A DNA stretch of 61,854 bases, counting the filler, from Sphacelaria rigidula (taxonomy: Eukaryota): assembly GCA_964200075.2 (NCBI GenBank). It is 6 parts of 6 records of this genome, joined end to end, with 100 filler letters (N's around TTAATTAATTAA, not from the genome) between each part and the next. Parts side by side here need not be neighbours in the genome. Positions count along the whole stretch, not along the records: positions 41,305 to 51,529 come from CAXNAA020006897.1; positions 51,630 to 61,854 come from CAXNAA020006898.1; 4 more parts are not named here. One strand, given 5' to 3'. Below the pieces are notes generated by a model that was given only the letters and a program-made list of their open reading frames with translations, ran no database searches and was not told the origin of the DNA. Positions 49,371-61,854 of this stretch are shown one piece after another (positions within the stretch are counted from its first letter, which is position 1; every line of letters starts with the position of its first letter). The position numbers and the translations under genes were made by a program.

Positions 49371-50799
49371 CTGTTCCCCGGGACAACGACGATGTGAGAA
49401 CTTGACACCCATATTTAAACCAGCAAGTAGGCCACGGTCCACGCCATGCCCTAGGACTCGATAGGCTGCTCCAGTGCATATTCATCTGTGTGTGGTGGGA
49501 GGTGGATTGTGAGAATGTAGATTATGGAGCAGCGGCATGAAAACACAAGAGAATCGTCGCGTGGGCTGATTGGATTCCGAACAACAGTCAGATTCGGAAA
49601 ATTCCCCCATGTCCCATATGAAAAAGCCTCAACCCTTCGAGCGCCGGGCCTCGTTTCGGCACAGTATTTTCGGCTGACATGTCCCGCGGAAGACGTACCA
49701 CATCATGCTGTCGTGATTCAATGATTGAAACACCGTACAGTAGAAAACAGTACTGTGCTGTCTGTACATGATGTAAGTGACTTTGGATACAGCACAGCAC
49801 GTACAGCAAACCGCCAATGCCTTTTTCCCCTCCAAGTTGCACAGCACTGCCATCAAGGACTCGTGCACACGTCCGCGACTGAACTGCCATCCGGCGATGT
49901 TGGACATATCATGAAAGACGTGCGTTATAAGCCTTTCGCTAGTTTCCCGCGTGGCCGCCGGAGGGTCTTTTTTTTCGATTCAAACAGCAGCTAAGGGGCC
50001 AACTTTCGACTATCTCGGTTATTGAGCACTTTTATGTCACGCAATTACTCTCAGGAAGACCACATATCGAGGAAATTTCGACTCCCGAACCCCTCACTCG
50101 CGTAACGTGGCGTTCTCAGTAGTATGTGAACCGGCCATTCATCACACGTGTCCAGGTATTCATTTATGGCCCACCTGAACATGGTCCACCTTGAGGATCC
50201 GGCAGAGGGTTCAACTCAACATGTGCCTTCCGCGAAAATGATCACACTGAAACCAGTATGAAAATTTTCAACTCGAACAAGCGCATAAAAGCGTACAAAG
50301 TCAAGGGCAACGTATGAATTGTTCTTGTCATACCTTGAGCCGTACCTTACAATGCAGATCCTCATGGTCTCCTTTTCAAATGACTGTTCTCAACCATTGA
50401 GCCACCACCGCGCAAAGATTCGTGTGTAGACCAACGGGCAGTATATGACCATCCTTTGGATGAGACTGAACCAATCCCACGGGCACATTGGTCACCGACT
50501 GACGTATAACAACCAAACACAAGCGTCAATGGATGAACAGTCGAGAAAGGAAGAGAGTCCGTCTTGGTGATTGAACTCCTGTAAATAGAGTGTGTACACA
50601 CGGTGAAGAGCATGAATCATTTAATTTCAGTCTGGAACCTCGCTTCACTGTGTTTGTTCATACGTGAGAGGGTCCATACCCTAAATAGAGCGGTCGTGGA
50701 GGATGAGATGAGCCGCAATCCTTTCCTTTCCACGGGCTTTTGTTTTTCACGTCTGGGTATGAGCGTGGTTATTCGCAAGACCTTTTCCGCCGAAGCCAT

Positions 50800-51019
50800 G
50801 TAGCAGAGGCCGGCCATTTCGTTTCTTTTTTCTTCATTTTATTTTTTACTGTCTTACTATACCATGTCGTTCTGTTCGATTTTTTCTGTTTCTTTTTTTT
50901 CTTCAGCGAGTGTTTCAGCTTTTTTTGTGTCCCGGATACGTCTACCATGTGACCACGGCTGGATCATGACTCCTGGGGGGTCAGTTAAAGTGCGACAATG
51001 AAATCAAAACAATCAATCA
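50800..51019 (+). mobile_element. Retroposon 3' UTR with T-rich tract and (ATCA)n tail
   Basis: A T-rich tract, then GATACGTCTACCATGTGACCACGGCTGGATC...ACAATCAATCA. Homologous copies at 22749 and 44944. Confidence 0.5.
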
Positions 51020-51400
51020 GTACAGAGAAAGTAGTGCTCGCCACCGCCCTCTTCTGAGACCCCGCCGGCGGCCCGTGAGTTCACACAGGGTAACTCATGA
51101 GCCTACATATATTGCTTTCGTTGTGCAAAATGCGCAAGAGGCTAGCAAGCACGCGAAGAGAAGCCGACACAGAAATGCCTTCGCCTCGTGAACCCTGTGT
51201 CTCGAGCAGCCGGTGATGGCAGCTTTCGCAGTAGCTGGCGTGACGGCCGTCTACTTCCGTAACGGCTGCCAGCAACTGCCTTTGACGCCCGCGAGATTTC
51301 CGTTACTGCCGTATTCTGGGTTTTCAAATAAGCCAAATAAGCGCGGATCCCTTGGTGACTATATAGCTTGCTAATCGATGAAAAACGTACTCTGGATTTC

Positions 51401-51529
51401 CACCCAGACCATCCGGGCCTGCTTGTCTAGCACATGACTGTCGCGACAGGCAAGCACCGTGTCGTCTGTGGCCAGAGTGCCTGTCGCGACAGTCATGTGC
51501 TAGACCAGCAGGCCCGGATGGGCCGGGTG
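51401..51529. repeat. Near-perfect hairpin, 52-bp arms and 25-nt loop
   Basis: 51401-51452 pairs with 51478-51529 with 3 mismatches. The right arm runs into the contig end. Confidence 0.9.
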
Positions 51530-51629
51530 NNNNNNNNNNNNNNNNNNNNNNNNNNNNNNNNNNNNNNNNNNNNTTAATTAATTAANNNNNNNNNNNNNNN
51601 NNNNNNNNNNNNNNNNNNNNNNNNNNNNN
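51530..51629. other. Artificial contig spacer
   Basis: N44-TTAATTAATTAA-N44. Confidence 0.98.
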
Positions 51630-52479
51630 TATCAAGTCCGTATCGCCCCAAAAACACCAACTTGAGCACTGCAGTTTGAGCGCGGCCAACGCTTCTCCCT
51701 AAATCTACCGGCGCTAGCACTTTCAAGTCGTAGTGAAGAATAGTACTCCAGAAAAACTGAAAAATAGAACAACTACGAATTCTGAAAACTTCTGATGCTG
51801 ACTACTATAGTGACTTTGTTTGGGTGCGTGCGCATCTCCAAGTGTGATGCACTTCGACATTTTTCCTTGAAAGAAGCGCCGCCGTCAGTGTACATAGCCA
51901 CACAGAGAACGCAAGGTGAAGAACATGGCGTGTACTGCGACGGCCAAGATCATCGTGACATAATTATGCTCTTCTCTTCGTCTAATATTATGAGACAGGC
52001 GTGCAGTCTGCAGACGTGACGTGTCCGGGACCGCGGGTGTGTGTAGGTCGTAGCTCCTCACTCGACGTGAGGAAACGGAGCGCGTAGAGACGCGACGTGG
52101 ACTTGAACAGAACGGGCTTTGCAAGGCAAGGCTTAGGGTTGGACCTTAGAGTGAACCAGTGGGTGCACCCTGACTGGGTGCTCCCAGACAAGGAGTATGA
52201 CGAGCCCAGACTAAGGATTGGAGGATGGCGATCCCAGGGTGACAGGCCCGGGATGACAATCCGGGTTGTCTAGCCCGGAGTAGTAGTAAGCAGGTCGGAT
52301 CCTGTACAGGTCGCAATCACATACCTCCCAGCTACAGCGGTGTTAGCCGGCTACTCCGCTGAAGCTAGAGACTGGTATTTGAGCCTCCAAGGACAAAGAC
52401 CTGACGAGTTCACTAAAATCCAATATATCAATGCGGCATATGAAACGTTCCACAAGACATTGAGATGATATGTGCATAT

Positions 52480-52880
52480 TGGTGACACTTGCAAAGACTA
52501 GACCAGACAATACCGTGACTTTTGTTCAGAATTAATCCTCCACGGAGGTGCAAATACATGACTTTGACAGTGTGACATGTAACCTGCAGGGTTTTGACAT
52601 ATGCATTTGCGGACATGCGCGCATGCGTGACTGGGAAAATTCCTGCCGACAAGTCGTGACTTGTGATGAGACTTGTCACTTTCTGAAAAAAGTTGACAAG
52701 AAGTGTGATGGAGGACGGAATTGAAACCATGACGGTTTCAATTTGGGTCAAAGACGTGAACATTTGCACTAAAACTTGGGACATGGTTGTAGTGACTTGA
52801 CAAAACTGACAGACGTCACTGTCTGTGAGCAGACGTCACTGTGATGAGACATGACCAAGACATGTGCAAATGACGGGTAG
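52480..52880. repeat. TGAC-motif-rich degenerate repeat
   Basis: Dense TGAC/GTCA motifs, mostly in one orientation. Confidence 0.5.
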
Positions 52881-54044
52881 ATGCAATGATACGGGCAAGA
52901 ATGATGTTTGCTGGGGTCTTAATGCATCAGCATAGACCGTATTTGTCCTGTCATCAATGCATCAGTGAACGTAGGCATATTTCTGAAATTTCCTCCATGT
53001 TTCGTTACAACAACTTGGGGTCCTAATCGAGCAGGTGTGTAATGTCAACATTTCAGACTTTTAAAAAATCATCAAGAGGTTTTAGTTCATTTTGACAAAA
53101 AGGATATGAGACGAGTGCGAGTGATGTTACGAAATTGCTGGGTATACCAAAGCTCAGAATGGCGACCAACTGTGGTCAGAACCGTCAGCAGTGCGGTGTT
53201 GGTGCAACAATAGTATGATGCCCAAAAAATGAACAACTCACCTCTGGGGACAGAATTGAACTGAGGAGCCCGACACAATATTACCTGAACTACCTAGTGT
53301 TTCATGTGAGGCCAACATGGCTTCGTTAATACCATCGATGTGAAACACGGATGTGTGACCGAATCCAGAAAAAAAAGGGTGACTGAATTTGACGGACGAC
53401 ACAAACATTACTCGATGACTGAAGGTGAACTCAAGTGGTGACTGGGTTTACGAGCACACAACATGGCAACTGGCTGGGGTCCTAATCCATCAGTGGTGCG
53501 GTGTTGGTGTACGTTTTCCAATGGTACACTCATCTTTGACAACGAAAAAGGTAGTTGAGAAGCCCGACACAAGCAATGTTTATTTAATTCGCTGGACCAA
53601 CGAGTACCAACAAGAGGCCGACTCGTCTTCGTCGATACCATCGAAGACGTACCGGATGAGTGACCAGTCCAGTGACCCAAACTCGGGTAGCTCAACATGA
53701 AAAGAATGAGGCACTTTTTACGGGGGCATGATCGTGTTGAACAATCATAGAAGATGCAAACATGGCAATTGAATACATACCGCACAAGGGTGCACAAATC
53801 TGTACAAGAGTCAGTGTGACGCACGCAATTATCATGGACAAAGCAAAAGCATACCATGGACAATGACGCATAGGCGAAGATAAATGCGGGGTAAAGTGTT
53901 TGTAACTCAGCATATTGATGTGATACATTTCGTGTGATGCGTAAAGTACTCGAAGGGGTTGTTGAACATGTTCCAAAATTGCAAACGTGAACAAAAATTG
54001 GACACAACGGTAGACACACGAAATACAATATCGGGGACAAGACG

Positions 54045-54354
54045 TGGTAGCGTCCGTACACATCGACTACACTGAAAAACCTTCTCCTATCGCCCCCCCC
54101 CGGCTAGACCTCCAGCAAAGACACACAAAGACACATTCGAAACGCGACAGCTGACGAGGCGGTCGACTCGAGAAATACAGACAACATACGTGAGGACGTA
54201 TGTACATACTCAAGTTCAGCTGTAGGGCGCGGTATATCTCCCGAATTGACGTACACACCAATGAAGAACCACGGTTTCTGAGGTTCGGACATCAAGAAAC
54301 ACGATGGGGTGCAGAATACAACGGTATACCTATGGCGAAGGATGCGTGCTGACA
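54045..54354 (-). mobile_element. Putative 3' LTR of the gypsy element
   Basis: The minus strand begins TGTCAGC and ends CGCTACCA, just downstream of the integrase remnant. No second LTR is available to confirm it. Confidence 0.4.
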
Positions 54355-57300
54355 ACTAGTGTGTACACACGGCGCCGAAACCGTGATAAAAAAACAACGA
54401 ACTCGCCAATGATCACAAAAAGTGAACAAACACAGCTGTTGGTAACCCTCACGGAATTGCTACTTTCTGCTGTCTAATAGTACGGAGAACGTCGAAGGCT
54501 GACGAGTCCTTCGACCAAGTGACCACCCGATACGATGCTATCATCTTAACACTGGGTAACCTTTCAACACAAGATGGTGCCGAAAGTTGGTCGAAGACGT
54601 GCCCACTCCTCGCTCATGACCATCGATGCTTTCGACCGTGTAGGGACCCTGCTTGACAACAGTAAGAGAACCTTTGAGGCCTGGGAGCGGCAAAGGTTGT
54701 ACCTAAGAAAATATCGTCACAGGCTGAAAGATCGGGGACGGACGAGTTGAGGGGTGGGAGGCACGTTTTCGACCTTCCGATGAGGACGGTGATATGACAT
54801 ATATTGCCATCTTTACCGACGCGATAAATGACTGGAAACAACTGTGCACGCGCCGTACATGGACCGCGCCACGGGCTGATTAGTTTGGGATTTGGACGAT
54901 CATTCGCCGTGTAGGGACGGTGGAGCAGGCTTGCTCTCCCGTTTTGAATTGGGGGAGTGACAACTTGGCGTTGAGGGATGCTTGTCAATCATCTCGCTCT
55001 TTGAGATTGCGTGTGGCTAGCTCGTGAGCGAGTTGTAACCGCTTTACCGTCTGCCCAGTATACTCCAAACGTCACTGGAGCTGATGTTGACGGGACACTA
55101 ACAATGACTTCGACCGGTAACACTGCAGGGCGACCAAACACGAGAAAGTGAGGCACTTCTTGCATTGTGGACGAACAGGCAGTATTACGTGCGAATTGTA
55201 CGAAGGGCAGGAATCAGCCCGATTGCAACACGTAATATCACTGTACATAGCGAGCATGTTGTGGATAATACCACAAACACGCTTGAGGATGGAGTGGCCC
55301 TAGGAGCGGCAGGCAGAGGTACGTCTTTTTTGTACCCAAGACAGTTTGAAGTTATCTGACCAGTTAGCTTTCAAACTCTTTACCTAGGTCTGAATGTAAT
55401 GCTTCTGGTGGACCGAAGACAAGAATGAGGGTGGCAGTAGGCGCTAGCTTGTCAGGCACACCTATCAAGACTACAATGGTTATATGGTCGATGGCGGACA
55501 AAATGTACCGGATACCTCGAGAGAAGTTTTATAATCGACCAAGTCAACTGCTGCAAAAATTCGGGAGACTTTCCGATGTCCAATAGGGAGCTGGGGTGTG
55601 CGACGTGACCTTTCACAGTGTTGATAAGACTAACAATGGTCGATGTCGGAAATCCGATCTTTTTCTCAAATTGCCCGGCATATGTGGCCCGAAAAGCTGT
55701 CCCTCAAAACGAAAAAATATCACTCGTGGAGTACTTATTTATTCTACGTGGGAGCGGTGTTCTCCAGTTTACGCAGGTATGCAAAACATTTGACTGTACT
55801 CTGCTTTCTGTTGAGCTATGGACTGGTCTGGACCAACAAGGGGAAATAGTGACACAGCTCGCAAGTAAATCGCGATCACTCTCGACGGGCGCGATATCAT
55901 CCAAATTGTGAGCTGAGACCTCGAACTCACGCGGTGGCGGTGAATGATACGGTTGATCGTCGGGGACATGCCGACAAAATTGCCGCAAGGCGAGGGTTCG
56001 AGACAATATTCTCGCCATTAGTATCGCCGAACAAACGTGACAATGCATCGGGTACGACATTAAATTTACTCGGAACATACTTCACTGTGAAATCAAAGCT
56101 TTGCAGTATAATCCACCAACGGGGCAGCATGTTACTGGTGTCCTGCATCTGATGAAGATGACAGCGCTTGATGACCCCTGTAGACCAAAAAATGTCTACC
56201 CCACACGTACGGACGGGAGTGCATCAGCGTGGAGACTACGCTGCAACATTCTTTGTTCGTTGGACTGTAGTGACACTGAGACTTGGAAAAACATCTAGTA
56301 AAGTACGCGATGATGCTGACATCATCGAGGGACTCGAAGTTCGAGATGGCGTTTCCAAGAAAACCACCAAAAGCGACTTCTGAGGCGTCTGTGCGTACTG
56401 CAAACGCTTTGGTGACATCCGGAACTTTCAAGACTGGTGCAGACGTCAACTTGTTTAATAAGGTTGAAAGCTGCAGACTGTTCAGGGCCCCGTGCTTTGA
56501 ATAAATTATGTTTCTTTTCACAACCTTCTGGTGTGAGAGCGACGAGGGTACCCGTGACTTCGGCGTAATGTTCAATAAAGCGCCTGACAAAATTCACCAT
56601 ACCTGAGACAAACCGAAGTTGTTTGATTGACTTGGTGACTCGAGGTCGCGGATAGTTTTGATGCGATCTTCACCGATGGAAACACCCTCGGCATTTTGAA
56701 CAGTTTGAGGGTCAGACCTGCTGCATGCAAAGCGGAAACATGAGACGAAGGGACTTGAGGTGTTCGTCAAATATGTTATTGATGCATGGGATATCATCTA
56801 TGTAACACGAAATACCAAAGTCTGGACTCAGATGTCCAAAAGGCATGCGTAAAAACACGTATTTACCGGACGGGGTAGTGAACACTGTCTTGTCCACGTC
56901 CTCAGCTGCGACAGGAAGTTGCCAGAAGACCGACACGACATTCGCGACAGTGATACAACGAGCACCGCCGACAGGGTCCAAACACGATTCCACACTGGGC
57001 AAGCGCCAAGATTTATGGATTAAGTACTTGTTGACGGTGTTACAAAAATCAACGCGAAATGTAGGTGAGCTGGGTTTTTTTCGCGACGATACATGACGGG
57101 GAACCCCACGCGTTCGGGCGCTCTTCAACGGTTCTCCATTCGAGCGTATCTTTGACGCATTTCTCGATGGCTCCGGCTGTACGTGGGTTGGAATGGTATG
57201 GTGGTTTGTCGACAGGAACGGAATATTTCGGGAACAGGAAAGTGGGTTGTGCCACGGTGCAACTACGAAGCGCTTGCATACACAATGAAATCACCGGCCG

Positions 57301-58380
57301 AAATTCGGCACAGAAGTCACGAACACGGTTCTGCTGTTCCACCATGAAGGTAGTATCGCGGAAAGCAGAAGACAGGATTCTTGGGGATCATCCTTAGCCT
57401 TACGCGACTCGACGGGAGTAGAGGGACTCTTGGCTCCTGCATTTACGTGCAGTTGGGCAGAATCGACTATCGTGACAGTGTATAGGGTACTGTACCAAGA
57501 ACTAAGCCTATGAGTAACGACACGGCTTCAGACGAAATGTTTGCAATTTGGACTACAACAGAACCATCTGCTGCTGACGAGTAAGACATGGTGCGTGTGA
57601 CTATCAACGACTCAAAAGCGACGGGACGGTCTACTCTTGACATTTCATCTGCTGTGACTAATCGAGGTTCCATAACGACGGCACAGTCATGGATAGGGTG
57701 ACGGTCAGTAAGTGCTAAAACGAGTGCCTCATGGAGAGGGCGACGGTGACGCAATCCAAAAAGGTGAAATATATTTGTGGAGCGTCGACATGTGCTGCTG
57801 ATACTGTAAGCTGTGTTCCCTTCGAAGGCAGGGCAGACACTTGACTACGCGGGAATAGATCGATCTCCCGTAGAGAAAGATAGGGTTTCATTCGACCAGT
57901 TCAGTGTAGCCTCGAATTTGGCATGCGGTTATTGCCGAGAAGTATTGAATCAGGACCTAACGACGGTACAACAAGTGCTTCGACACGACGCGTGACATTG
58001 CCAACGGTTGATGAAAACGCCGCAAATCCAAGGACATCGATTGCCAAGCCTTTTGCTGCACGGAGCGGGATGACTGCCGGTGGAACGGGTGACACAGGCA
58101 GTTTCTGCAACGTGGAGTGGGACTTCCACCACTCGACGGAAAAAAGTGAACAGTCAGTCGCAGTGTGTACGGTGATATTATTGATCTATACTGGACCAAC
58201 GGATCCTGAGATGCGGACGCGTTTCGAGGAAAGCGCAAGTGGCAAAGGTCCACGCTGTGTACTTCGCGAGGATGTGTACCAAGATGTGTGCGTATCATCA
58301 TTACAGACAGGATCGGACGCTGACGGGGGACGATCTGAGGTGTCATGCATACGTTTGACTGACGGAGCTACAATACCAGT
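54355..58380 (-). mobile_element. Decayed Ty3/gypsy pol (PR-RT-RH-INT)
   Basis: ALVVPSLGPDSILL (PR region), FWQLPV..DKTVFTTPSGKYVFLRMPFG..YIDDI (RT), VRTDASEVAFGG (RH), SAIDH, LHSDLGKEFES and SPWRGP (INT). Gypsy domain order, many frameshifts. Confidence 0.92.
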
Positions 58381-58382
58381 TC

Positions 58383-60720
58383 TTGTCCGAGCGAGTGTTG
58401 CTAGAGAGCTAAATCAGCGATCCTACCGCCTCACGATACCTCCCCTAAAAGTCTTGTTCCTCATGGACCTTGAAAGAAGGTGAAACAAACGCGAGGGTCG
58501 CTGCGGGGCTACTGATGGGAAACCTGTCTAGAATCCGTTGGATATATGCAGTCGGTGACAGCCTCAGAGTGCCCTTCTCGAGGTCCTGCCTGTGATCGCA
58601 CCCCGCATTCGAGACCAGTTCTCCAAGTTTTTGTCGGAAAGTGACAGTTGAGATCTTCAGCCAACTTGTTGCACACAGTCTCATCACCCACCACGAACAT
58701 GGCATCGACATGAACCACGATCAGAACCTTAACCTCCTCTTCGCCCATCAACCTGTGGATGCACGGGTTGATCAAACTCTGCTCGAAACCCAGACCTTTC
58801 AGAGTTTTCCCCAGCTTACCGAGTCATTCTCTAGCCGCTTGCCGAATCCCGTACAAATGTTTCCTCAGGGGTACGATAGTACCTGACCGTTCACCTAGGT
58901 CTGGTGATATCCGCATGCACACTTCATTTTTCAGCTCAGGTTGAACAAACATTTGCTCAACATCAACGTGAAAAGTCATTTTTCCCCCAGCGCAAGCTAC
59001 CGCCGTGGGAGCCGTGGGAGGGGTAGGTGAAAACGTTGAAATGTCGCCAATCTCTTGACGATCACCCCTAAACACCAGCCGAGCTTTTGCCTTCATCACA
59101 TAACCGTGTCCACCAGTCTTCCACTGAAAAACCAACTCATAGTCTATCGCTATTCTCCTACTGGCGGTGAGTCCACGACTGTCCAAGTGTTCTTATATTT
59201 CAATCTTGCTCCTTCTTTGTTCATGGCACCAATCCACGCTTTTTGCAACTGAGAATTGTATACATCCTTAACCGTCTTAGGGTGCTACTCCAATCTCATC
59301 ACAAAAAACGTATGGGACAGACAGCAACTCAGACTCCCCTGATTTCCTTGGGTCGTCCGTGTCGACCAGGTAAGTCAGTATCCTGTTCGTGCCCCAAAAA
59401 ACCTCCGTCGACGCACACAACGCACTGTGATCACCGTCTTGATGTTGTAGGTCGGGAATGTTTTGATGCTGTCGCTGCTCCTGGCGTTGCTGTTGTAGTA
59501 AACGTGTCTGCTGCCTGGTCCGACCAAGCGTCGGCTCAACCGAATCTGGTTGGTCCGCGGTATCCCTGCCATCGACAGACGACGTTCCCAACGAATGACG
59601 ATCGGACGATGGTGCAGACAATGTGGGCGGCGTAGGCGACGTAGACGGCTGTTCCACTGTGTTCTCGCCGTCATCGTTGTTTGGTCCCTGCTCAGATCCC
59701 GACCGCCCATCCCCATCTCGTTCACCCTTCTCAGGTATTCCATCATCCGGAATCCCCCCCCCCCCCCCCCCCCGCCCCCCCCCCCCTCCCGTACCCCCCC
59801 CCCCCCCCCCCCCCCCCCTCCCCCCCCCTTCACACCACCCCCCCCCCCCCCCCCTTCCCCCTCCCAAGGTTTCCCACCACCCGCAACCCCCCCCCCCCCT
59901 CCAGGGTCCGACTCCCCTGAATCAGAGTCCTCCGCATCGCCCTCGCCGCTCTCTACATCCTGCAAGATTTCCCCACCCCGCCTAGGGAACGGAACAGCTG
60001 GTTGCGACCTTGAGCGGTGCGAAAGTCGAATGAAAACCATGATGTCATTTCTTCCCCCTTGAAAAGACTTCCCTTCCATCAGGCAAAGCAATCACAGTCC
60101 CCCCCTTCGTCACACCAATCGGTAAGTCATGTTCCGCGGCCACACTCTGAAGGAAAACAAATTCACGTCTGACTTCAAGACATGCGCCACCCTGTTGATA
60201 CTGAACGTGAGCTGGTCATTATCACCGACCATTGATATCAACAGTTTGCTAAAATCTGCTATCGTTACTTTATGGCTGTTTGCTACGGTGATAAATACAT
60301 CGATGCAAGGCTCGTGATCAGACATGTTCTCCTTAGGTGGAGTCATGTGGCATGTTACTCCGCTATCTGCTATCCAAACCTCCTTACCCCTGTCATCTAG
60401 AATTAGGCGGTCATCTTGCACACTATCAGCTGTAGACGAGTTTTCACCAGTCTCAGTCTCTATCGAAACGGAGCCAAAATCTACAGAATCTTTCAAACTG
60501 CCGCGTGTACACATCGCAGCCATCTCATAAAACCCCTTGAAGTGTCCCTTGTCGGCGCATACCTCACAAATATGTTCAGGGCATTCCGATTTGGAATGAC
60601 CCGTTTTTCCGCAATCGGAACCCGTTAAGTGCTTCCCTCCAATTTCTGGGTGTTGGTCGTACTACTGCTACCATTATCACCCGTCGCACCACCGTGACCC
60701 TGAACCATGCTTTTACTATG
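58383..60720 (-). mobile_element. Decayed Ty1/copia (zinc knuckle, PR, RT; integrase core deleted)
   Basis: CEVCADKGH (~60550), WIADSGVTCHMT (PR), KAKARLVFRGDRQ, LYGIRQAARE, LIVVHVD and YREAVGSL..TRSD (RT). Confidence 0.9.
59754..59899. repeat. Interrupted poly-C (poly-G on minus) tract
   Basis: Runs of C up to about 25 nt within the copia pre-RT linker. Confidence 0.9.
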
Positions 60721-60786
60721 CGCTGTCGCTGATATTTGCGACTTATTCCTCCCCCACCCCTCTTTTAGGAGAAGAAATGTTAGTGA

Positions 60787-61854
60787 GAGATTTTTCATGC
60801 AAGGGTAGCAAGAGCAGGTGAACCGGATGATATCATTGGGCAATACGGGGAAGATAAGAAGAACACGAACGGGGTAGAAATGCTCAAGTTCCTTGAGCAT
60901 AACGAGATGAAGACAGTGAACGATGGAGTACTAAAGCCAGAGGCGCAGTGGGCATGGACAAGGCAATGCAAAGGAAATATATAATGCTCCGTTCTTGACT
61001 ATATAGCGCTAGAGCATCGAAATAGTGAAGAAATGACTGTACATGTGTGCGCGGAGGACGTGGGAACCACAGATCACTGCCTAATATGGACAGAAAGCCA
61101 ACAGACGAGAGCTAAAAGAAGAGAGGGTAAGAAGCTGTACAGATGGAGAATCGATAAACTAGATATGGAAGAGAAACTGCAAGAGTCCCAAGAGGAGATG
61201 ACCCAAAATTCAGTGAAATTTTCCGAGCTGTTGGAACGCGTAGATAAAGTTGACACCGAAATGGAAAGAAATCGGGCACGAGCGAAGATTGTAGAAGGAT
61301 GGGAGCAGCTGGTCAAGAGCACAGCGGGTAAAGTCATAGGGAAAAAACTGATAGTATGCAACAGAGCAGTACAAAAGTGGGATGAGGAAGTGAAAGAGGC
61401 TTTAAGAGTAAGGAGAGAGGCCCACGCGAGGTGGATGTCGAACAAAACTACGGTAGGATGGGATGAGTACACCAAAGCTCGGAAGGAAGTGAACACGATG
61501 GTACAGCAGTAGAAGGAAGTTTGGGAAGGTGTAGTGGAAAAAACAAATGAAGATTTCGACGGCAGGATGAAAAAAATGTGGGTAGGGATAAGGGATAACG
61601 AGAAACCAGGCAGCAAAGATGAACAAGGGGATAGCTACACTCCGGGCACAGAAGGGTAACATGGTCAGTAGTTCGAAGGGAAAGAGACAAGTGCTAGTCG
61701 AGCATTACCGTAAACTAGGAACACTAGTATTCGGTAACCACGGAGTTTGACAAGGTATTCGAAAAAGAAATCAATGCGTGGGCAAAGGCAAATGTAGAGA
61801 CGTCGAAATGGGAGGATAGTGGCTCGACAGAATTGCAGCGAGAGCTTACTAGAG
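60787..61854 (+). mobile_element. Decayed LINE ORF2 (AP endonuclease and linker)
   Basis: DFHARV..IIGQYGE..NTNGVEMLKFL..WT..SVLDYI..TDHCLIW, then WDEEVKEALRVRREAH. Stops and frameshifts present. Confidence 0.88.

Noticed and set aside
51140..51280. Upstream Rad7-like exon (YCESCHHRLL)
   Set aside because: Plausible CxxC, but the splice sites are weak and the connecting exons were not found.
59550..60062. Proline-rich extensin/formin-like ORFs
   Set aside because: These are the antisense translation of the poly-G tract in the copia linker.

Overview
Eukaryotic nuclear DNA, most consistent with a brown alga (Phaeophyceae). This is an inference from the short exons with GTGAG/GTGCG donors, polyQ exons and TTAGGG-like motifs. 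The window is not one locus. It is six contigs of nearly equal length (1-10226, 10327-20552, 20653-30878, 30979-41204, 41305-51529, 51630-61854) joined by artificial 100-nt N44-TTAATTAATTAA-N44 spacers, so nothing should be linked across a spacer. The best supported genes are a five-exon 3' part of a Rad7/Rhp7-like LRR gene (minus, 44423-48240) and a multi-exon protein kinase gene or pseudogene (plus, about 25446-30537). The rest is mostly repeats: tRNA-derived SINEs, LINE fragments, decayed copia and gypsy elements, mariner-, Stowaway- and piggyBac-like MITEs, long foldback palindromes, and faint Helitron and P-like fossils. The most unusual structure is in the kinase locus. An inverted paralogous exon faces exon 1 across a Stowaway-like MITE, and a foldback element carries a copy of the kinase's own splice acceptor in its loop. 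I found no evidence for a complete novel system such as CRISPR, a ribozyme or a virus. All family assignments come from reading motifs by eye, not from database searches.
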